51,114 bases of DNA from Pelomyxa schiedti (taxonomy: Eukaryota; Protista; Evosea), in the NCBI GenBank assembly GCA_020536535.1, contig JAHLWZ010000574.1:1-51114 (forward strand). The letters are read 5' to 3'. The number at the start of each line of letters is the position of its first letter. The first letter of the stretch is position 1. Positions 12,301 to 26,637 of the stretch are shown here, in pieces. Below the pieces are notes generated by a model. It saw nothing but the letters and a program-made list of their open reading frames with translations, was not told the DNA's origin and searched no databases. The position numbers and the translations under genes are program-made.

Positions 12301-12480
12301 CTATCTGACTTTAAAAAAAAAAAAAAAAAAATGCACCACTGGATCGCCGCTTCACTGGTGGGATCGACGCACTTGCGGCAACAAAAACCCAGCCTCGCTG
12401 AGCTCTTACTGCTCCTACTTTACTTTTCACACCAAGAGCGATCGGCCACGAACCCGGCCGAGTTCATACATGCTCACAAA
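9389..12480 (-). CDS. Intron-dense gene of unknown function (many 30-45-nt introns, short exons; 5' end uncertain)
   Basis: Canonical minus-strand introns at 9866-9906, 9973-10008 and 10060-10096 join in frame: ...VNTGTQIL|IAVLEMCQMPKLFWCMK|SKVIHDPFLFSGMNTQPNWNPQ|VILKACES..., ending in ORF 9389-9919. Similar GT..ctaac/ctgac..AG units recur up to about 12.3 kb. Confidence 0.6.
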
Positions 12481-13176
12481 CTACGGCATCATGACCCCAA
12501 CCATTTCTACTTCACCGGACTACCGGCGCGATCCAATACGTGTCGTCGGCTACGCACCACTGACCACGCATTTTTTTGACTATTTATTATTATGTGAACT
12601 CTTGTGATTGGAACACACATTCGTGCTGAAGAGGAGGGGGAACGTGTGTACTTTATCAAGTACACGAGCTTTAGCTCTATGGACACTCTGCGGACTCTGT
12701 ACGAATCTCGACTCTCGAGATCCAATGCGGGCTTGACGGAATTACTGGAATAAGGCAGCGACGATCTTATGAGACGCATAACGCACTAATGCGGACTGCA
12801 GTGGTGATTGATTCTAAGGTAATGAGAAAGCAGAGAACAAGCACAAGATCATGAAAGAGATTCTATTATTTGTTCTGTTTGTTTTGATTTGTGAGGTTTA
12901 AGTCGTGATTCTAAGGTCGGAGTGTGTCGGGCTTATAAGGACTCGAAAACGACTTGAAATCGATACCTGAAATTGCTGTTTCGTGATTAGAAAAACCTAC
13001 TTCTCTTAACAGATAGTTGTACCGATTCGTAGATTTTGATTGAAGTGACGAGGCGGCGTTCCGTGTCTCTTTGGTTTATTTGCCTACATCTTAAAAGATT
13101 TTCAAAAAAAAAAAAACACACGGTTGTTGTATCGTTTTAGCAAATCGTACCCAAATCAAACCACAATTGGATTCAA

Positions 13177-16100
13177 ATGCACGCCCACACTCAAACACAA
13201 AAACAATGTAATGAAACAACCATACCGACACCAACCACTGTTTGTATTTCTAGAGCTCCATGTGAAACTACCATAGCGACTGTAGTTGACTGCTATGTGA
13301 TTGGGGATGAACAGGCTGTGTTGGACCTGATGGATATCGTTGCCAAGCAGGATAACTTGGTTACAAGCAGTACACCGAACCACAGTCTGATCACATTAAC
13401 AATTCCTATCTCGAACAACAATCACGCTGCCGGTGAATCACTTCCACTTGCGGCCAATGGCAGAGAAACAGGCGGCGGGTGCATTCGATTGAGAATGAAA
13501 AGGACATGGAGCGCCGTTGAAGGCACTGAAAACGCTGTTGTGCTTGCAATGAGCACAGAACCTGGGGAGGATTTATGCCGAGGTTGTATAGATAAGCTGA
13601 CTCAGGTGTACGGTGAATGGACAGCAGTAGAAAACCACCGGAATACATTAGTGGTTAATTGGGGTCAGAAACCAGTTTTCCAGAAGAGTGGCTTTTCACT
13701 TCTCGCAGTAGCCTTCACGGTTTCCTACTTTTTCTCTTCGTTACATTTATTTCTTTGTGCAGATATGTGCCCACAAAATTATAAGCTGGAGCCCCAACTC
13801 CGAAACAGAATTAATGAAATTGATTGACGCGATTTTAAAAACCTCGGGAAATCGTATTTACCCTCATAGCCAATTGTCACTCATTATTCCTCAGACCACT
13901 GCATTGTGGACACAGCTACCTCAAGTCCAGAGAGCGTGCCAATTAACTCCCCATTCTTTACACCGGGGACAACAACTGTAGATATAACGGAAATGCCTGC
14001 TTCAATTGTACAAAATCTGTTGCAAATTCTACATGTAACACCTCTCGAATGGACCCAACTCAGCCAACAGGCAGAATTCAGGCGACAAGAAGGACTTCCT
14101 TTTTCGGGTGAAAGGACTAAAGTCCGTACTATGGAGAAGATAATGCGGAGATGGGTACAAGTGAAAAACTGGAGTGCAGTCCAGGAGTTAATTATGGGCA
14201 ACGCTGTGGAAAATCTGGAATTAGACCTTTCTGACTTATCATTGGACTGCGTGCCAGATCAACTGAAGGGAATTTCTTGCCGGATTCTGAATCTTCAAGG
14301 AAACAACATCACGTATCTACCACAGTGGCTCTTTCACGCACATATAGATTGGGTTTTTTTGGGTGAGACATCTCCGCTATTGTCAAAGGTGCACAAATTG
14401 ATGCGGGAAGCAGCATGGAGAAATCTGAGACACTGTCTGCTGTTTAGAGAGCCTCCTCAGCCGGTTAAACATCAGAAAATGATTCTCGTTGGTGAACCCA
14501 CGGAGGCTAAAGCTGCGTTCGTGAAATGTCTAATGGAAAAGAAGAACAAACTGGACATACAAGGAAATCTTACCACACCTCCAATCACCGTCCAAGGAGG
14601 AATCAAGTTCAGGAGAGCATCGTATATATGGACAGTGTGGAATTTAGGTATTTCTTCCTTTTATCCTATTTTCAACTCAGGAAAACCAAAAAGGTAGTAG
14701 CAGTGAACATCCATTCCACGAGTTCTTCTTTGGCAGCAGGTCAGTGTTTATTGTGTTCTTTGATTCCACCCTTCCAAAAGATGAAAACGGTGGCCCGCAG
14801 CAAAAGATCAACTTTTGGCTTGACGAAATTGCTAGATGCCAAAGGCGATATAGAGTAAGTCGCAGAGCAGGAGTACTTCTGTTCGGGTGTGGTTCTGATC
14901 AAGAGCACCCAACGTACATCCATGATCTCCTTGTTACCTGTTACTTTTCTCACATTTGGATGAACATGGACTTTCTTGGCATCGTTTCTGTCAATTATCC
15001 TTATAATGAAGGATATACATTCTATGAAAAAGGTGAACATCCAGTACGCATTAACAAGCCCATCACTAAAGTCATTGAAATGATTGAGCCTCGTGTCCCC
15101 CAAGGGCAAGATATTCCATGGCTTGTTTACCCACTTTCACCAACCTGGAAGCCACTTGAGAAGGCTCTGCGGAGGGCTAAAGAAAAAACCATGAAATGGG
15201 CTGAATTCAAGACTTTAGCAAGGCAATACGGCGTTGGAAAAAGACCAGGTTTTCCGCGTGAAACGGCCCAGACTGAGTTCAAGTTGTGCTGTGAATACTT
15301 GTCAGACTCAGGTGCCATCATCCACTTCAGGAATGACGATTGGGCGAATTCTCAATTGTACGACATTGTTATCCTGCAGCCTTCATGGTTCAACGACGTT
15401 CTGCAAGTTGTTACCGAAAATGTTCAAGAAGTGGCCTCTGAACAAGGCCTTGCCAATTTTCCTGACAAGTACCTGTGGGAGAAAATGGCAATCTGTGCAA
15501 AATCTATTTCAGGCCTTTCAGAACATCTTATGCTCACACTTGATATGATCATATTTGCGAATGGTTGCAATTATCTCTCACCTCGGTTCTTGCCTGACCC
15601 TCCAGCCTCCATCGACATCAGACTGAACAAAATTTGGGGTCAGCGTTCATTTGATCATAGCCGTGAAGTTATGAATGGGAGGGTGATAGAACTTGGGTGC
15701 CCCCGAGTACATGGGTTGATCTCCGGACTAGTAGCCATGCTGTCTCAGGTCCCTTCTGTGGGGATCAAATTCGTTTGGAAATCGGGTATACAGTTCGGAA
15801 AGTTCGCAAAGGAATTAAGCATTTCTCCACCAGCAACTATTACCCAGAATTTGTACATCTCATACCCGGGGACAACTGACACGTCACTTGACATCTACAT
15901 GCACACAATCTTCAATGAAGCATGTGATACAAAGGAACTGCGCTGGAAGAATGATATGATGGCGATTGTCATTGCGTGGTTGGAACAGTTCGCAAAGGAC
16001 AACCACCTCCCCAAATTCGTTCAATCGTTTCCGTGCCCGCACTGCTTGTGCGAGCTTGTTGAATCGGGTTCCGGGAAGAGGACCGGAAATCACTACCGTT

Positions 16101-17874
16101 CTGCTTCTGTGAACAGACCTCTGCCTGAGGGATTCCACTTCTTCAAGGTTCCGCGGGGAAAAAGCAGTTGTGAATTATATTCATTGATCACAGAAAACTC
16201 TGGGAGGGCTCACCTTGCCTGCACTCAGAGCGGAAACACATCCAAGGAGATCCTGGTGAAGCTCATTGACATTGCACCTGAGCTTTATTTAGTACTTCCC
16301 ACACCAGGTTCTTCATCACCATCCACAATAAATCCTGCTTCAGCTACACCAGCCTTCCCTGTTACCACCCACAACAAAGCGAGCACTTCCCCTAAAATTG
16401 CTGAAGGTAACCCTGCTCGCACTGAAGCAATGAAAAATAGCTCAACATTCTCTACATCAACAGCACAGATTCCAGAGCAGACAGATACTGGAATTACACT
16501 GACACTTGTATCTAGGTTGAGACAACTTCCTGAACACCCCAAAGTTGCCAAAATTGCTGGTGTCACTGCCAGGCAAGGAAGTGGTAACTATTACGTGTCA
16601 GTTGCACGTGAGGTAACTCCTTTCATCATCCCCACACACCTCCGGGAGATTCTTGGTAGTTGCGGCGTGAATCCCGGGAACGCCATTGATCTGGGTCAAT
16701 TTCTGAATAGTCTCAGTGGAAGAAAGGGAATTAGTGGTAGTTCTAATAGGGAATGCACTGAGATGCAGCGATCCAGTTCATACCTAATGGACACAGTTCT
16801 TCCTATGAACCTGCGGGTGAAGATACTGAGGGATGTAGCAGAGGGCATCAATCACCTTCACTGTCAGAATCCTCCTTTTTTCATTCAGGGCGACCTTCTT
16901 GATAACGGTTTGTTTCTTCTATTAATAATACCATTACATTAATTCCGGCACAGGGCACGTGTTAATAACATCCTTGGATGATTCCAGACCGGAACCCATG
17001 GCAAAGGTTAGTTACCGCTTTGGCCGGAAATTACTCACAAAAGTAATTAAAAAGGTATTACCTCTTGGAACATCAACCCGCCGGGGTACCATTGTACCAA
17101 AGGCAGTAGAACTCTTCAAGCAATTACCACCCAAAACTGACAGCGGAGCCAAAACCGATGTGTGGAATTTCGGTACGGGACACCAAATAAACAAACTTCC
17201 AACTTACCACGCTGCTTATATATGCAGGGATGCTAGTGCACAAGCTCATATACCCCGCCGCACCCCTGATACACATGGAAACACCCGCCGACGACGACGC
17301 GGACCAGAACCAGCAGAGCCGGCACTGGCTCCCCCTCAGGACCGCCGTAACCCCCCGCACTCTCCGGCCCGCGTTCGCGGGAGGCGGCGGGGCCACCAGG
17401 CCCCTGGTTTTGAACCGGGCCCGTGCGCCGCCGCATCCCCCCCACTGCCTCGCCCTCTCGGCCTCCCCCACTTTCCCCCCCTGCCCCAGCTCCTGCACCC
17501 GTTCCGGCTCCGGCTCCGGCACCATCCCCATTACCAGCACACCACTGTCCCCGGCCCCTCCCCAATCCCCACTGATGCAACCCACGTCCACTCCTGCTGT
17601 CACAACAACAAGTACAACCAAGACCGGGAGTGGATGCGGAGGCCTCAGCAATGTGGACGAGGGCACCGGGACTGTGCACCACCCCCAGGGAAATGGGCAT
17701 GGACATGGACATGGAGAGGTACAGGGACAAGAAGGGGGAGGGGGAGTGTGCCTGTGGTGCTGGGCCAAGCAGATAGTGACCTGCTGCTGGGTTGTCAATC
17801 CCGCCCTCAGGCCGTCAATGCGCAACATCCTGGACATATGTGACCACTTCCTCGGTCCCAATGACCACCACTAG
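13177..17874 (+). CDS. Roco-like protein (N-terminal domain, LRR, ROC, COR, kinase-like) with degenerate catalytic motifs
   Basis: LRR LDLSDLSLDCVPDQL...LNLQGNNITYLP; ROC-like KMILVGEPTEAKAA and VWNLG|SSSEHPFHEFFF (intron 14648-14693); COR-like YLSDSGAIIHF...IVILQPSWF and FPCPHC; kinase-like KILRDVAEGINHLHCQNPPFFIQGDL...SLDDSRPEPMAKV, DVWNFG|ML, CWVVNPALRPSM, resembling Dictyostelium Roco kinase segments. Confidence 0.82.
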
Positions 17875-18133
17875 TGCTACCACATGTGAGTGGTTGTTCA
17901 TCACTGTTGTTCTTTTTTTTTTCACTACACACAGAACTTGAAAGAAAAGCACAAAGCAACTTTATCTGAATAAACGAACTTTTTCGAAGCAACAATTTCG
18001 GTGTGTCGACGCAATTCGATTTGTGTGTTTAGTGTGTGTCCGACTTTCAGCTGTGTGTAATATCGATACATATCTTTTTGCGAACAACAGTGCATTGATG
18101 TAATCAGAGGGGGGCATCATCACAATTGACACT

Positions 18134-22549
<4,416 letters not shown>

Positions 22550-22709
22550 AGGAGGCACCCAAAGGGCAGTAGTAATTTCATGTAGTATATTTATGCATAC
22601 AAGTACCCGGAAAAGAAATGTTGGACATGCTGAGATTAAGAGAATCAATTAGGATGGTTTCTTTTTTCCCTGTTTCTTTTGTGGGTCTTGGTTAGCAGGG
22701 AGAATTAAT

Positions 22710-24563
22710 CTAGGAAGACTTGGTGGCAAAATGTGCGGCAACTATCCTCCTTTGTATTTTTCCGGTAGCTGTCCTTGGAATGTCAGTGGCAACATGCACT
22801 ACCTTGGGGCACTTGAAGGCACTGAGCTTGGAGGCACAGTGGGCTTTTATGTCCGCCGCAGTGATATCGGTAACACCGGGTCGGAGTACAACCACGGCAT
22901 TTACTTCCTCACCATACTTCTCATCCGGAGCTGCAAAGGCAACAGCTTCTGCTACTGCTGGATGTGACAGCAGTACAGCATCAACTTCCAGTGGGGATAT
23001 TTTCTCACCGCCGCGGTTTATAAGTTCCTTGATTCGCCCAGTGAGCGTTAGGTATCCAGTTGTGTCCATGAAACCCTGGTCTCCAGTGTGGAACCAGCCT
23101 CCCGCAAACGCCTCAACATTAGCCTCTGGCCTGTTGCGGTAGCCTGGTGTTACATTCACTCCTTTGATACAAACTTCCCCACAAACTCCACGTGCAACCT
23201 AAGTGACGTTAGGGGTTTTCTCAGTGGTGTGGGAATGTAACCTCGTTGCAATGGCCATCCAGGATGGCCATTTGAATTCCCGTTGGCAAGCCCACACTTC
23301 CGGCGCGCCTCTCTCCACGGTGGGGGAGCGGGTTTGAAGTCATTTGATGAGCGGCTTCAGTCATGGCGTAAGCTTCTACCACTGGAGCTCCAAATATTGT
23401 CTCCAGCCTCTGCATTACGGCTGGGGCAAGGGATGCACTGCAGGACCGGATAAAACGGAGTGGTACATGAGGTAACGCAGAGGGTGTGTTATAATCTGTA
23501 TCAGCACGGGCAAGTAGAATTTGGTGGATTGTAGGGACAGCAGTGAACCAGTTGCAACGGAAATCGCGCATTGCAGTCCAGAATGTAGAAGCAGAGAACC
23601 TGACATTTCACATAAGAATAATATCTGGATCATGTAACTGTACAACCTTCCTTCACGAGGCATAACTGCACAACCACCAGAATAGAGTGTTCCCAAGCAT
23701 GCACACATCAAACCGTGCACGTGGAATAGCGGCATGACTACAAGAGTACGGTCACTTGGAGATAGATCGTAAGTGTTAACTATGTTCTTCAGAGATGCCG
23801 CGAGATTTGCATGGGTCAACTGGACACATTTCGGCTTGCTTGTGGTTCCTGAGGTATGTAGGAACATTGCGAAATCTGCAGGCTGTGGTGGTGTTGTTGT
23901 ATCGGCACGAGGTGATCGCCTGCGAGATTCAAAGTCTCTACGCTCTGCAAGCACTACGAAGTGCTGTTCCGAACCTGTGTGTGTCTGCGGAGTGCACGTA
24001 GCAGTGCAAACCGGGATAGACAGCGCCAAAGCAGCTTCCTCAGCTGCTTTGTTCCCTTCGGGAGGAACAATTACAAGTTTACACTCTGCGTCAGAGAGGT
24101 AGAACTTGAATTCATCAACCTGTTTGTGTAGTTAGTAAATAAGAAAAAACCTCCGGTATTACCCACAGTGTAAGAGCTGTTGAGCGGGGCAGCCACAGCC
24201 CGGGCCCACGTGCAACCTATGTAGCACACTACAAACTCCACTGTGTTGGGTATTACAATAGCGATAGTATCTCCCACTTGAATTCCCCACTCAATAAGCT
24301 GTAAAACGCCCCAAAAAAAAAGTTAAACCGTTTCAACAGGCGGAGGTGAAAAAGAGGGAGAGATTTACGTCGCTCTGCATTTTCTTCACAGCAGCGGTAA
24401 GCTGTGGGTAAGTGAAAGAGGGCCCGCCGGTGTGTGCCACGGCCAGCGCCATCGCGTCATGGGCGACACCAACACTTCTCGGCACACACATCATCGTCGT
24501 AGCAGCCGCTGCTGACGCACTTGCAATAACGTCACCCGAATCACCGACACAACAACACGACAT
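22710..24563 (-). CDS. Acyl-CoA synthetase, oxalate--CoA ligase-like (AAE3/Pcs60 family); multi-exon
   Basis: AMP-binding motif LHTSGTTSKPK, VVMPLFHVHGL, TAVPTIHQILL, FIRSCSASLAP, EAYAMTEAAHQMTSNPLP, WFHTGDQG, GRIKELINRGGEKISPLEVD, PRTATGKIQRR. Confidence 0.92.
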
Positions 24564-25083
24564 CTCCCGCACAGCACACACCCTTCTCTCTTTTATTTGT
24601 TCTTTTGATTTGTCGAGTAGGGACCCACCTCCTTCTCTTTCCTCTTCACTCTTCAGCGAAACCTCAAATCATCAGTGTCTGGAACACAATTGAAAAAAAG
24701 GCACCCCCCGATCTTCAATCAGATTGCGAAACCTCCCCTCTGGCACGAGCAGAGGTGTTTTTGAACTTAGACTTCGTACCCGAAAGATTGGCTTCGCCAC
24801 CTACACAGTACCATATGTTGAGAAACCTTTGTACAACAAACTTTCGTTGCCCAAATTTTTCGTAGCCACAGCACGAAAGTTTTCGGCGACGAGCATTACA
24901 AAAGTTTTCAACAACGAAAGTTGTCAGCAACAAAAGTTTTCTGGAACGAAGGTTTCCCAACATACGGTACCCACAAAAGACCACAGTTTACTTGATACAT
25001 AATAATGGGCCGTTACTGTAACTAAGTGACTTTTAGTGGTTCTTTTTCTGGTGGAAGTGGTTTGTTGTGCATTACCCAACGAC

Positions 25084-25982
25084 TCACAGAGAGTACTTCA
25101 TCAGGTGCTCCCACCTGGCAACTAGCAGATCCGTGTAGTCCTTGCCCGAGAGCCCCTCGTACCTCCCAAGCGAGAACCCATCATTCACTTCCACCAAGCA
25201 CGTCGCGTGCCCCTTATCAGCCCCAAGCACCGCGAAGTCCATCGCGCACCCCACCAAATGGGCCCCCTCCTCGCTCCCAAAAAGCACCCTCACAGCCTCC
25301 CTCACGGTCCCCATGTCCAGCTGAGGCCCAGACCCGCCCTTGGGCCCAGTGTACTGGCACACGGCCCGTATCTCGCCGTTTACGAGATACACCCTGTGCT
25401 CCGCGGCCATGGTGACCAGCTCGGAGCAGTACACGGGCGTCGACGCCGGCCTCGGCTCGATCACCCCAGGCATCCCGTCCAATATCGTGTCCAGCATCTG
25501 GTCCCTCGGCTCGATAATAGCCGCGAACGCCTTGGCCTCCTCCGCCGGCTTGATAAACAACCCGGCCCTGGCCCCCTCCCCGCCCCTCCGCAGGAGCTCC
25601 CGCGCCTGCCCCAGCGTCGTGCGCCAGACCCTGCGGCGCAGGAAGGGCTCGAGGCACGCGGGGTAGTCGGGGGGCCGCGGGGGCGCGATGCCCAGCTGGG
25701 CGAGGGCCACGCGGGTCCAGTCGAAGTTGCCGACCACGAGGTCGGCGCGGGTGAGGGGCAGCCGCGTGCTGGGCCGCAGGATGTCCTCAGTGTGGCGGAT
25801 GGTGACCGGCACCCCGCGCGACGCGAGCTCGTCCGCGACCAGCTGGTAGTCGGGGGGCAGCTCCCCGCTGTCCTCGAACACCTGTATAAACGCCCTGGCT
25901 GGGAACGCCTACTAGTAGTAGTTATGGGATACTAAGAGCCGAAAAAAAAACGCGCACAACGGTTCGGCACCTTTCGTATCAT
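25084..25982 (-). CDS. ATP-grasp domain protein resembling the bacterial DUF4343/R2K clade
   Basis: PPDYPACLEPFLRRRVW, LFIKPAEEAKAF, EHRVYLVNGEI, AMDFAV, LVEVNDGFSLGRY; one large GC-rich exon plus a probable short first exon (MIRK|AFPARAFIQ). Confidence 0.75.
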
Positions 25983-26158
25983 TGAATTTTCTTTGTTTTT
26001 TTTCTCCTTCAAAAATGAGTGATGGGCGAGGTAAACACTTTTTTTTTTTGTTTTCACTCGTCGTTGTCAAGACGACGGGAAGTTCACAAAACATAATTTT
26101 TGTGGCTCATAGGGTTTCCACTAATACAACAATGTGCTGTGACTGTTTGGAATACATG

Positions 26159-26442
26159 TCACATCACTTGGCAGTTGGGTCCCCTCCTCGATGAACCAGT
26201 CTCAGCCACAGCAACAAACCTCCTGTTGCGATTGCGTTGTGAGTCAGGAGGCACTGTGCCACGCGGCAGTAATATATGTACGCATCCAGAGATATGTTCA
26301 TAACAACAAGTACACACTGGTTGTAGAGGAGCCTCTTGTGCGCGCGTCCCCTTGGTGCCTTCTTCTTGTCAGTTGGCGGCACTACTGGTGTCTGTGCCCT
26401 GACCTTCCCTGCTCGGGCTAGTCCCCCATGTACTTTCCCCAT
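26159..26442 (-). CDS. RPS30: 40S ribosomal protein eS30 (no ubiquitin-like fusion), one intron at 26223-26317
   Basis: [19 protein letters not shown]...[13 protein letters not shown]|[20 protein letters not shown]. Confidence 0.97.
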
Positions 26443-26637
26443 TGTTTTGTTGAGTTTGTTTTTGTTGTTTGTTTGTTTCTTTGGTTTGTGTGTTTCGTGT
26501 ATCTTTAAAAGCCACCAAGAGGCCCTTCTGCACTCGTATCTCGTTTTTTTCACGGCACGGAATAGAAATAGAAAATTTTAAAACCTAAATGAGGAAATTT
26601 CTTTTGCCATTTGTTGGGTAGAGGCAAATAGGTATAG

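Noticed and set aside
11690-12470. Apparent TAA/TAG = Gln reading in one trial splice path of the orphan gene (for example TAG TAA CAA reading as QQQ)
   Set aside because: Alternative frames and splice choices are open without stops, the 3' exons splice cleanly under the standard code, long ORFs elsewhere have no in-frame TAR, and several genes end in TAA or TAG.
12804-12920. Repeated word tgattctaaggt in the divergent intergenic region
   Set aside because: Only two copies of a 12-mer and no other support for a regulatory role.
22815-22835. SKL tripeptide in the acyl-CoA ligase as a peroxisomal targeting signal
   Set aside because: It is internal (CASKLSAF); PTS1 must be C-terminal.
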